NCBI GenBank assembly: GCA_964441335.1
Contig: CAYTUI010000001.1
Span: 961-64,960, forward strand
Source of the DNA: an uncultured Gammaproteobacteria bacterium
Lineage (GTDB): Bacteria > Patescibacteriota > Patescibacteriia > UBA1558 > 2-01-FULL-52-15
Length of the DNA stretch: 64,000 bases
Direction of reading: 5' to 3'
Shown here: piece after piece, positions 1-7,787 of the stretch
Position numbering within the stretch: the stretch's first letter is position 1
Layout: every line of letters begins with the position of its first letter
Position numbers and translations under genes: made by a program
Notes under the pieces: model-generated
Database searches by the model: none
What the model was told of the DNA's origin: nothing
What the model saw: the letters and a program-made list of their open reading frames with translations, nothing else

Positions 1-12
1 AAAAAATCCTCA

Positions 13-96
13 GGAGGAGTCGCATAGCGGCCATTGCAACGGCTTGGAAAGCCGTGATCCGAAAGGGTCCCGCGGGTTCGAGTCCCGCCTCCTCCG
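13..96 (+). tRNA. tRNA-Ser (anticodon GGA), type II with long variable arm; CCA not encoded
   Basis: Cloverleaf read directly: acceptor GGAGGAG/CTCCTCC, anticodon stem ACGGC/GCCGT with loop TTGGAAA, long variable arm, T-arm GCGGG-TTCGAGT-CCCGC. Confidence 0.8.
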
Positions 97-219
97 CTTT
101 GGCAAAATTCATACCATTCGGTATTGAATTTTGACAACATGAGTGTGGGACTCGAAGGGCACGAGAGCGCGCAATGCCCAGGCCCGAATCGGAGTGAGGG
201 GAGTCCCGCCTCCTCCGCC

Positions 220-759
220 ATGACAATTTTTTATCGGCATGACCCGAGTACCTATAATAATAAAACAATTATGGCTTTTCCTAAGACAACCGAAGTTAGT
301 GAGGAGTATAAAGCAAGAATCAATTGGTTAGTACAGCCCACATTGAATAATGTAAAATTTCAACAATTACAAAACAAGCACTTGTTTAAGTTTATATTAT
401 ACTGGATGATATTTGATTCATATTTGACTGAAATTTCTCAATGTAGAGCGGATGAAGAAAAGCTAAAATATTTCTTTAAAGAAGATAGCGATTTTAAAAA
501 ATACATCGCAGATAAAAAAATTTCTGCAAAATCGCTAAAAGAACTTTCTCCCGTACAAGACATGCGTCCAAATTCAAACAGAAGCATTCTCCTAGAAGAC
601 GAAAATAATTTAGAGCAAATAATTAGATTTTTGTATCAAATTAGATGCAATCTCTTCCATGGCGCAAAGGATTTAAAAAAAGCCAGAGAGAATGACTTAG
701 TATATGAAGGCGCCAAGTACTTAGAATTATCAGTGGGAGGCTGGATAATAGGACAATAA
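220..759 (+). CDS. Hypothetical AT-rich protein with an Rx4HG (RCNLFHG) HEPN-like motif. ORF is open from 124; start set at the first ATG after the tRNA-Ser 3' echo copy
   Basis: ORF track 124..759; C-terminal motif IRCNLFHGAK fits the HEPN Rx4-6H signature. No other recognisable domain. Start codon uncertain (ATG 140, 220 or 271). Confidence 0.4.
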   Translation: MTIFYRHDPSTYNNKTIMAFPKTTEVSEEYKARINWLVQPTLNNVKFQQLQNKHLFKFILYWMIFDSYLTEISQCRADEEKLKYFFKEDSDFKKYIADKKISAKSLKELSPVQDMRPNSNRSILLEDENNLEQIIRFLYQIRCNLFHGAKDLKKARENDLVYEGAKYLELSVGGWIIGQ

Positions 760-975
760 TTTTAAACACCCAAACCCACGTGCCCCAAGCCTATCTCTTT
801 TCAGGCCATCAAAAAACCCTTACAATACTTGTATAACTTAGGTACATAACCCGAGTGTCCCGCCAAGGTGCACCTAGTAACGTTACGCACAGATCCTTAG
901 ACTATTACCATTATAAAATTAACAATCGGCAATACCGCTGTTTTTTTTATTCCCAAACGGAGTTATAATGTAAGT

Positions 976-1602
976 ATGAAAAGAGCAGAGGTTGTCGCTT
1001 TAATTATCGTTATTCTGGCCTTTATTTTGGGCTGGTATTTTTACCCGTTATTACCGGCGCAAACGGCCTCCCATTGGAATGCGGCCGGGCAGGTTGACGG
1101 TTATATGTCCGGTTTCTGGGGAGCTTTTTTAATGCCGGTAGTGGTCTTGGGTATGTGGCTGATGTTTTTTATCATCCCGCGCATTGATCCTTTGAAAAAC
1201 AATATTGAAAAGTTTCGGAAATATTTTGATGGTTTCGTAATTTTGATTTTGTTGTACATGATCTATATTTACGGTCTGACGATTGCTTGGAACCTTGGTC
1301 AGCAGTTAAACATTGTGCTCTGGATGACTCCGGCCATGGCAGTGTTGTTTTATTTTATCGGAGTTATGATGAAACACACAGAACGGAATTGGTTTGTCGG
1401 GATTAGAACTCCTTGGACTTTAAGTAGTGATAAGGTTTGGGAAAAGACTCACCGTTTGGCTGGCTTGATGTTTAAGATCGCGGCCGTTGTAAGTTTATTG
1501 GGAGTGTTATTTCCCGATCAAGCAATTTATTTTATTTTAATTCCGATAGCCATCGCCGGACTTTTTCCAGTTATTTATTCTTATTTTATTTTTAAAAAAT
1601 AA
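976..1602 (+). CDS. SdpI/YhfL-family (DUF1648-like) integral membrane protein
   Basis: Four or more TM segments; conserved HW..G and GIRTPWTLSSDKVWEKTHR motif typical of the SdpI immunity-protein family. Confidence 0.55.
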   Translation: MKRAEVVALIIVILAFILGWYFYPLLPAQTASHWNAAGQVDGYMSGFWGAFLMPVVVLGMWLMFFIIPRIDPLKNNIEKFRKYFDGFVILILLYMIYIYGLTIAWNLGQQLNIVLWMTPAMAVLFYFIGVMMKHTERNWFVGIRTPWTLSSDKVWEKTHRLAGLMFKIAAVVSLLGVLFPDQAIYFILIPIAIAGLFPVIYSYFIFKK

Positions 1603-1606
1603 TTAT

Positions 1607-1954
1607 ATGGCTAATAAAGCTTTTGATGATTTTGATAAAAAAAAGATTGGTTTCGGTAATAAATTCAGATCAGGCCAGGGTTATTTCCAGAGGACCGGCT
1701 TGGACGGCGCTTTCAAACGACTTAAAGACCCGTCTTATGGTGGAGTGGCTAAGAATCTGTCTTCACAAGATATTGATGCATTCAAGAAGATGCTGGAGGC
1801 TAAACTCAAAAGTAAATACGATTACAGCAAGGGTTTGAATTGGCAGGACAGAAGGGATATGACTCATGTACTGGAAACTTGGGTACGGGCCGGAAAAATT
1901 ACCAGAGAGGACATGGCTGATTTTGAAGAAATTATCGGCAAGTTGTCAGACTAA
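1607..1954 (+). CDS. Hypothetical protein (115 aa), first gene of the dnaG-rpoD transcription unit
   Basis: ORF with good coding periodicity and Lys-rich composition. No recognisable motif. Sits where rpsU usually is but does not resemble S21. Confidence 0.5.
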   Translation: MANKAFDDFDKKKIGFGNKFRSGQGYFQRTGLDGAFKRLKDPSYGGVAKNLSSQDIDAFKKMLEAKLKSKYDYSKGLNWQDRRDMTHVLETWVRAGKITREDMADFEEIIGKLSD

Positions 1955-2278
1955 AGATTTGACTATTTTTGGACAAGGTGTTAATAAATAAGCGTTTGCT
2001 AAGGAAGCTCATCACGTGAGTACGAATACGTAGCTCGCTGCTAACTCACAATCAGCGGCGACTTTTGTTCCGTCCGAGCAAAGTCTGACGATTACGGTCG
2101 TCAGGGGCTGCCGAATGGGCATGGGGCTCCTTTCCAGACTGCAGATCGAGCTGCGGTTTGACGTTGAGCAGAACGTTACCCCAAGTATGAACTGCCGGAA
2201 GTACCACACATGATCAATGGGGAAAGAGGCATTCAGGCCGAATTCCTGCTACGGGGTCTGGCTCGGCCTTAGCAAATT

Positions 2279-2319
2279 GCGCCTTCTGCACTGCTCTATG
2301 CGGAAGGCGCTTTTCTTTG
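2279..2319 (+). terminator. Rho-independent terminator (GCGCCTTC...GAAGGCGC plus T-tract)
   Basis: 8-bp GC stem with 16-nt loop followed by TTTTCTTT; closes the GC-rich structured region 1955-2330. Confidence 0.6.
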
Positions 2320-2353
2320 ACTTTAGACCTGTTTCAGATTAAACTAGGCACAT

Positions 2354-4144
2354 ATGACGCCAATTGAGGAAATAAAATCACGTCTGGATATAGTGGATAT
2401 TATCGGCGGCTATTTTCCGCTCAAGCAGTCAGGCACCAACTGGAAGGCTAACTGTCCGTTTCATCAGGAAAAAACGCCGTCTTTTATGGTTTCCAAAGAT
2501 AAGCAGATTTGGCATTGCTTTGGCTGTAATGAAGGTGGTGATGCTATTTCCTTTGTGCAAAAATATGAGGGTTTGGAATTTTCCGAGGCTTTAAAAATGC
2601 TGGCTGACAAAGCCGGTGTTATTTTACCCGATTTTAAAACCGGTGATCAGAGTTTTAAAAAAAATATTCTCTGGGAATTAAATGAGCAGGCTCTGAAGTA
2701 TTGGCAAAATATTTTAAATCAGGAAACCCCGAGCGCTGTTAAGACACGTGATTATTTACATCAAAGAGGTCTAACGCCGGAAACAATTACCCAATGGTCT
2801 TTGGGTTTATCTTCAGAAAAATGGGATGGTCTTTATAATTATTTGAAAGAAAAAAAATACCAAGACGAGGATATTAATCAGTCGGGGTTAATAATCAGGA
2901 AAGACAGTAAGGTTTTTGATCGTTTCAGACAACGTTTAATGTTTCCGATTCGTGACGGTCAGGGCAAAGTAGTTGGTTTTACCGCGCGGACTTTGATGGG
3001 CTTTGTTTTTGAAGGTGAAGATTTTGGCGGTAAGTATGTCAACACTCCACAGACCGCAGTTTATAACAAGAGCGCTATTCTTTATGGTTTGGATTTTGCC
3101 AAACAGGAAATTAAACGACATGATTATGTAATTGTTGTGGAAGGCAATATGGATGTCATCATGTCGCAGCAGGCCGGAGTAAAAAATGTGGTAGCTGTAT
3201 CTGGTACCGCTCTGACCCCAGATCAATTGAGAATAATTAAGAGATATACCAATAATATAATTTTATCTTTTGACGCTGACGCGGCCGGCTCGCAGGCGAT
3301 ATACAAAAGTGGAATAATTTCCGCGGCGGACTTTGATATGAATGTTAAAGCTTTAATTTTGGAAGGCGGTAAAGATCCGGCTGACATAGTTAAGGCAAAT
3401 TCGGAAGATTGGAAGGCTTTAATTAAAAAAAGTATTCCAATTGTGGATTTTTATTATAGTGAAATATTTAAACGAGTTGATATTAACCGCGCTGATCATA
3501 AAAAAATTGCGGTTCATAAAATATTGAGCATTTTGGCGATGCTGAAGGATAAGGTGGAGCAGGATCATTACATCAGGAAAATTGCCGATGATTTGAATAT
3601 CTCCTCACAAGTTTTGTGGGAACAGTTGGCCAAGTTAAATCGGCAGAATTCTTCGCAGGTTGGTGAGGTAGTGGGAGTAAAGACCAAACTTGCGGACGAC
3701 AGGGTTGATTTATTGAGTCAGACGATTTTGGCATTGGTTGGTTCATATCCAGCCTGTTTGCCGGCTTTAATAGATAAGGTAGAACCGGAGGTCTTTTCTT
3801 TGGAGCTCCAAGACCTTTACAAAAAGATAATAATCTATTACACTAAGAACCAATCTGACGATTTAAAGGGGCTTGGTACTGCCTTAGATAGTCAACAATT
3901 GAATCAGTGGAGCAAAATAGTTCACCAGTCTGAAGAATTTTATAATGATTGGGATGAACAACAGCTGGTCAAGGAGTTTGAGCAGTTATCCAAAAGATTG
4001 CTCAAGCGCTGGTTGCAAACGCGACTTAAAGCTCTGTCTCAAAGGATTGAGGCGGCCGAGCAGGCTGGTTTGCAGGAGGATGTTGACAGTTTAACCTTAG
4101 AATTTAGCGATTTGAGTAAAAAACTCTCTGAATATTTATCTTAA
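2354..4144 (+). CDS. dnaG: DNA primase DnaG
   Basis: CHC2 zinc finger (CPFHQEKTPSF...WHCFGCNEGGDAISFV), TOPRIM region (VVEGNMDV, SFDADAAG); followed by rpoD. Confidence 0.95.
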   Translation: MTPIEEIKSRLDIVDIIGGYFPLKQSGTNWKANCPFHQEKTPSFMVSKDKQIWHCFGCNEGGDAISFVQKYEGLEFSEALKMLADKAGVILPDFKTGDQSFKKNILWELNEQALKYWQNILNQETPSAVKTRDYLHQRGLTPETITQWSLGLSSEKWDGLYNYLKEKKYQDEDINQSGLIIRKDSKVFDRFRQRLMFPIRDGQGKVVGFTARTLMGFVFEGEDFGGKYVNTPQTAVYNKSAILYGLDFAKQEIKRHDYVIVVEGNMDVIMSQQAGVKNVVAVSGTALTPDQLRIIKRYTNNIILSFDADAAGSQAIYKSGIISAADFDMNVKALILEGGKDPADIVKANSEDWKALIKKSIPIVDFYYSEIFKRVDINRADHKKIAVHKILSILAMLKDKVEQDHYIRKIADDLNISSQVLWEQLAKLNRQNSSQVGEVVGVKTKLADDRVDLLSQTILALVGSYPACLPALIDKVEPEVFSLELQDLYKKIIIYYTKNQSDDLKGLGTALDSQQLNQWSKIVHQSEEFYNDWDEQQLVKEFEQLSKRLLKRWLQTRLKALSQRIEAAEQAGLQEDVDSLTLEFSDLSKKLSEYLS

Positions 4145-4147
4145 TCT

Positions 4148-5413
4148 ATGGTAGGTAAAAAACATAACACCAAGAAAATTTTAAAAAAAGTTGCCAAAAA
4201 GAAAATCGCCGTTAAAGCTAAGAAGAGTTTAAAAACTAAGGCGGCTAAAAAGATTATCACCGGACGCTCGGCAATAAAGAGTCCGGCGAAGATTAAGTTA
4301 ATGCCGGCCAAGAAGTTGATTTTGGAACAGGAGACTGTTGACTTCTTAGAAAAGAAAGGAGCTTCCCGCGGTTTTATTACTGAAGATGAGGCTTTGCGGG
4401 TTTTTGTTGATTTGGAAAATCACGTTCAAGAGTTTGAAGATTTTTTGGACGCTTTGGAAAAGAGCAGTATCCAACTGATTAGTATGGACGGCGGTATTCT
4501 GGATTTATCCAGCAAGGAGAAGTCCAATTCTGTTTTGAGTAAATTTGGTATTGCTGGAGATCAAAAGCGTTCTGATTTAGCTGACATTTCTGCTGACTCC
4601 ATCCAGATGTATTTACGGGAAATCGGTAAGGTTCATTTGCTGACTTCGGAAGAGGAGATCTCCTTGGCCAAGCGTAAGGAAAAGGGCGAGCTGGAAGCCA
4701 GACGTCGTTTGGTGGAAGCTAATTTGCGATTGGTAGTCAGTATTGCCAAAAAATTTACCGGCCGATCATTGACATTGTTAGATTTAATTCAAGAGGGTAA
4801 CATTGGTTTGTTCAGAGCCGTAGATAAATTTGATTACCGCAAGGGTTATAAATTTTCCACTTATGCTACTTGGTGGATCAGGCAGGCTGTCACCAGAGCT
4901 TTGGCTGATCAGTCCAGAACAATCAGAATCCCCGTCCACATGGTGGAAACCATCAATCGTTTTCAGCAGGTTCAAAGACGTTTGATTCAGGATTTGGGAC
5001 GCGAACCATTGCCCGAAGAAATTGCTTCAGAAATGGGTGAAGATATTGATAAAGTCCGACACATTATTAAAATTTCACAGGAGACAGTATCTCTGGAAAC
5101 TTCGGTCGGAGATGACGGTGATGACGATAGCACCTTAGGAGATTTTATTGAGGACATAAAGACCATTACTCCTGATAGAGTCGCCTCCTTGCAGTTATTG
5201 AAAAATCATGTTAATGCAATAATCAGTGATTTAAGTCCCAGAGAGCAAAAGATTTTGGAAATGCGTTTTGGGCTGAAAGACGGTATTGCTCATACTTTGG
5301 AAGAAGTCGGTCAGGAGTTTGGTGTTACCAGAGAGCGAATCAGGCAGATTGAGGCTAAAGCTTTGGAAAAGATTAAGCATCACCGGAGTATGAGGAAGTT
5401 GAAGGATTATTAG
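4148..5413 (+). CDS. rpoD: RNA polymerase sigma-70 factor RpoD with Lys/Ala-rich histone-H1-like N-terminal tail
   Basis: Regions 2-4 motifs ([48 protein letters not shown], region 4 HTH). First 60 aa are KKxAKK repeats. Confidence 0.95.
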   Translation: MVGKKHNTKKILKKVAKKKIAVKAKKSLKTKAAKKIITGRSAIKSPAKIKLMPAKKLILEQETVDFLEKKGASRGFITEDEALRVFVDLENHVQEFEDFLDALEKSSIQLISMDGGILDLSSKEKSNSVLSKFGIAGDQKRSDLADISADSIQMYLREIGKVHLLTSEEEISLAKRKEKGELEARRRLVEANLRLVVSIAKKFTGRSLTLLDLIQEGNIGLFRAVDKFDYRKGYKFSTYATWWIRQAVTRALADQSRTIRIPVHMVETINRFQQVQRRLIQDLGREPLPEEIASEMGEDIDKVRHIIKISQETVSLETSVGDDGDDDSTLGDFIEDIKTITPDRVASLQLLKNHVNAIISDLSPREQKILEMRFGLKDGIAHTLEEVGQEFGVTRERIRQIEAKALEKIKHHRSMRKLKDY

Positions 5414-5530
5414 GTTAGTGAGTAGTTTGTAGTGAGTAGTGAGTAGTTTGCCCCGCCATTTCTTTATAATTATATGGTTAGCGGGATAGGAGTAGTTAGT
5501 AGTTTAGGGTTTAGAGTTTAGGATTTATAA
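5414..5530. repeat. GTAG-rich low-complexity tract (GTGAGTAGTTT / TAGTAGTTTAGGGTTTAG)
   Basis: Tandem degenerate GTAG/TAGTTT units seen directly; same style recurs at 8160-8230, 12500-12560 and 52570-52640. Confidence 0.7.
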
Positions 5531-5554
5531 TTTGCAGGCGTTAGCCTGCTACGT

Positions 5555-5631
5555 CGCGGGGTAGAGCAGTCAGGCAGCTCGCCAGGCCCATAACCTGGAG
5601 GTCGCCGGTTCAAATCCGGCCCCCGCTACCA
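5555..5631 (+). tRNA. tRNA-Met (anticodon CAT), initiator-like (1:72 mismatch C.U, GG/CC in anticodon stem), CCA encoded
   Basis: Cloverleaf read directly: CGCGGGG-TA-GAGC..GCTC, anticodon loop CCCATAA, T-arm GCCGG-TTCAAAT-CCGGC, 3' CCCCGCTACCA. Confidence 0.8.
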
Positions 5632-5720
5632 CGCCATTCGCGAATGGCGTGGGCTACCCACATCGTTCCCGAACGACATGGGCTACCCATCACGCCATTC
5701 ACGAATGGCGTGAGTCCCCC
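5632..5720 (+). repeat. REP-like hairpin array directly abutting the tRNA-Met 3' end
   Basis: Perfect palindrome ACGCCATTCGCGAATGGCGT (centre TCGCGA), then two GGGCTACCCA-flanked hairpin units (GTGGG-CTA-CCCAC) and a second palindrome CACGCCATTCACGAATGGCGTG. Units contain CTAC and echo the tRNA GCTACCA end. Confidence 0.6.
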
Positions 5721-5811
5721 ACTTTATTATGGTGTCCACAATTTTACGCGCAGCTCGAGAACGATATAGTTTATTAAATAATTATCACAATAAACAGGGA
5801 AACCTGTTTTT

Positions 5812-6078
5812 ATGTTTTATTTTTATATTATACAAAGTCAAAAAGACAAAAATTGGTTCTATAAGGGTCAAACCGGCGATTTGCGAAATAGAATGCGGCG
5901 CCATCATAGTGGGATGGTTAAATCAACCGCTAAATATTTGCCAGTTAGATTGGTTTATTATGAGGCTTATATAACTAGGAGAGCCGCTAAACAAAGAGAA
6001 TGGAGTGTAAAATATCATGGATCGGTTTCTGTCCCGTTACTTAAAAGAATAAAGAGAAGCCTTGAAGATAAGGACTAG
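5812..6078 (+). CDS. GIY-YIG nuclease superfamily protein (UPF0213/YhbQ-like), 88 aa
   Basis: FYFYIIQSQKDKNWFYKGQTGDLRNRMRRH matches the GIY-x10-YIG..R..H core; small stand-alone gene between two tRNA-Met genes. Confidence 0.7.
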   Translation: MFYFYIIQSQKDKNWFYKGQTGDLRNRMRRHHSGMVKSTAKYLPVRLVYYEAYITRRAAKQREWSVKYHGSVSVPLLKRIKRSLEDKD

Positions 6079-6120
6079 GACTTGAAAAAATGCCTATTTA
6101 AGGTATGCTTTCTATGTTTT

Positions 6121-6197
6121 GGCGGGGTAGCTCAGTTGGTTAGAGCGCAGGACTCATAAGCCTGAGGTCGTGGGTTCGATTCCCACCCCCGCTACCA
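6121..6197 (+). tRNA. tRNA-Met/Ile2-type (anticodon CAT), elongator-like, CCA encoded
   Basis: GGCGGGG-TA-GCTC AGTTGGTTA GAGC, anticodon loop CTCATAA, T-arm GTGGG-TTCGATT-CCCAC, 3' CCCCGCTACCA. Confidence 0.8.
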
Positions 6198-6310
6198 CGT
6201 CGCTCGCGAGCGACGTGGGCTACCCACATCGTTCCCGAGCGACGTGGGCTACCCACATCGTTCCCGAGCGACGTGGGCTACCCACATCATTGCGAATGGC
6301 GTGAGCCACC
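6198..6310 (+). repeat. REP-like tandem array: palindrome CACGTCGCTCGCGAGCGACGTG plus 2.5 copies of 29-nt unit GGCTACCCACATCGTTCCCGAGCGACGTG
   Basis: Direct tandem repeats seen in sequence, no spacers (so not CRISPR). Each junction forms hairpin GTGGG-CTA-CCCAC containing CTAC. Confidence 0.65.
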
Positions 6311-6391
6311 CATAATGATTATAAATTAAATAAAGTATAACAGATGCCCGTAAGGGCTGTTTTTTTATTTCTGAACATGTATACTTGGCTA

Positions 6392-6958
6392 ATGAAGAAC
6401 TTTAAACAAATTTTCTTAGCAATACTTGTGCTAATTATTGCTAATGGCTGCAGTTTATTTATCAATAAATCCAATGTTCCGGTTAAACCGATCATGCCGG
6501 TTAATTCGCCGACTAACTCTAAAATATTAGACTTGAGTAACCAGGGTTTAACATCTATTAAGGCTGAACAGTTTAATGATGCTAATGTTACTGAGCTAGA
6601 TGTTTCTAATAATAATCTGATAGGGTCGCTGCCGGCGGAGGTCAGACGTCTCCCGGCGCTACAAATAATTAATGCTTCACACAATAATTTTACCGGTATA
6701 CCGGCGGAAATAGGTCAACTTAAAAATTTAATAAGTTTGGATTACAGTTACAATAATTTGGACACCATGCCGGATGAATTACAAAATCTTGTGGGCTTGA
6801 AGTATTTGTCGCTGGCCAATAATGACTACCAAGAAGTGCCGTTTGAGATAGCCAGTTTGAAAAATTTAAAGGTCTTGGATTTGGACGCTAATCCGATTCC
6901 GTCAGATCAGATTGATAAATTGCGTCAGGCTTTGCCCCAGACTGATATAAAATTTTAG
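6392..6958 (+). CDS. Leucine-rich-repeat (LRR) lipoprotein
   Basis: Signal peptide with lipobox LIIANGC; about seven LxxLxLxxNxL repeats (LDLSNQGLTSI, LDVSNNNLIGSLP, INASHNNFTGIP, LDYSYNNL, LSLANNDYQEVP, LDLDANPI). Confidence 0.75.
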   Translation: MKNFKQIFLAILVLIIANGCSLFINKSNVPVKPIMPVNSPTNSKILDLSNQGLTSIKAEQFNDANVTELDVSNNNLIGSLPAEVRRLPALQIINASHNNFTGIPAEIGQLKNLISLDYSYNNLDTMPDELQNLVGLKYLSLANNDYQEVPFEIASLKNLKVLDLDANPIPSDQIDKLRQALPQTDIKF

Positions 6959-6970
6959 GTATAAATTACA

Positions 6971-7010
6971 ACACCCCCGTCCAGTCAGATGACAGACGGG
7001 GGTGTTTTGG
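6971..7010. terminator. Bidirectional Rho-independent terminator between convergent genes
   Basis: ACACCCCCGTC-loop-GACGGGGGTGT flanked by T-runs on both strands. Confidence 0.7.
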
Positions 7011-7011
7011 T

Positions 7012-7719
7012 TCAGACCTCGGTGAAACAGGCATCGGCCAGTGTTAGGCCGGTTCGTTGCAGTTCCGGCGCCAGGAAATCCTGCAATAGCTGTTTGAATC
7101 GCGCTTGTTGCTCGGGATCCAAGGGATTGAAGAAGGCCGCCAGTTCATGTCTGCGCTTCTCGTTGAAGTCATAGAGCATACTGGTTAACCACGTTTCCAT
7201 CGCGCGGCTGTAGCTGTAAGACAGTTGACCAGGCTTTCTGAAGTTCAATGCTTTCCACATAGTAATCAGCCCCTCAGGGGTGGAGCAGTTAACCTGAACC
7301 CAGTATTTGATATCCCTGACGCCAGGATTGCTGGTGATTGGTCGCACATTCATCCAGACTAAGGACTCATTTTCCTTAGGCTCGATGTTGATGATGTCAG
7401 CACCATTGAGACGCTGATCCCAGCGCCAGAGACGCAGATTAGTTGCTGACTGCAAGACCAGCTTGGCATCTTGACTGTCGGGTTTGATGAAGGCAGCACG
7501 ATTAGGACCGACGCTGGTCACCATAACCCAGTGAGTGAGCGGCCAGATAAGCAGCCATGCCAGGCATGACAGAAATATTGCCATTGGCAAAGCTTCGGGG
7601 TCGCTCCTATTGGTGTAGGGATCGGCCAGGACGAGCAGATAAGTGGCAGTCAGAGCCAAGCCGTAGCCGATGACACCGGTCACGAAGAATTTGTTGAACT
7701 GGACGCGTTTCATGGTCAA
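7012..7719 (-). CDS. Hypothetical membrane protein encoded on a locally GC-rich (about 50%) patch
   Basis: Long ORF with RBS GGAGG upstream; two or three N-terminal TM helices. No recognisable catalytic motif. GC clearly above flanks. Confidence 0.55.
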   Translation of the reverse strand: MTMKRVQFNKFFVTGVIGYGLALTATYLLVLADPYTNRSDPEALPMAIFLSCLAWLLIWPLTHWVMVTSVGPNRAAFIKPDSQDAKLVLQSATNLRLWRWDQRLNGADIINIEPKENESLVWMNVRPITSNPGVRDIKYWVQVNCSTPEGLITMWKALNFRKPGQLSYSYSRAMETWLTSMLYDFNEKRRHELAAFFNPLDPEQQARFKQLLQDFLAPELQRTGLTLADACFTEV

Positions 7720-7787
7720 ACCTCCTCGGTGGTTGTGTAGAGAACAAAGATCAAAGTAGCTTAGGCCGAGCGGCTTTTTTTGTCAAG

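Noticed and set aside
99-202. Interpreting the 104-bp segment between tRNA-Ser and its echo as a complete integrated mobile element
   Set aside because: It is far too small to encode anything. More likely it is a scar, a mini-element or a structural RNA. It is reported as an observation only.
1623-1838. 71-aa ORF overlapping gene 1607..1954 in another frame
   Set aside because: It is nested in a better-supported ORF and has no independent start signals.
1955-2330. Assignment of the GC-rich structured region as RNase P RNA or tmRNA
   Set aside because: I could not locate the universally conserved P4 strands, a tRNA-like T-arm with CCA, or a plausible tag-peptide reading frame. It is kept only as an unassigned ncRNA candidate.
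5729-5974. 81-aa ORF overlapping the GIY-YIG gene
   Set aside because: It is in an alternative frame to the motif-supported GIY-YIG ORF, and its product is low complexity.
5632-6312. Possible CRISPR arrays after the tRNA-Met genes (29-nt repeats with hairpin potential)
   Set aside because: The units are directly tandem with no unique spacers between them, and there are no cas genes nearby. They fit REP/BIME-like or att-echo repeats better than CRISPR.
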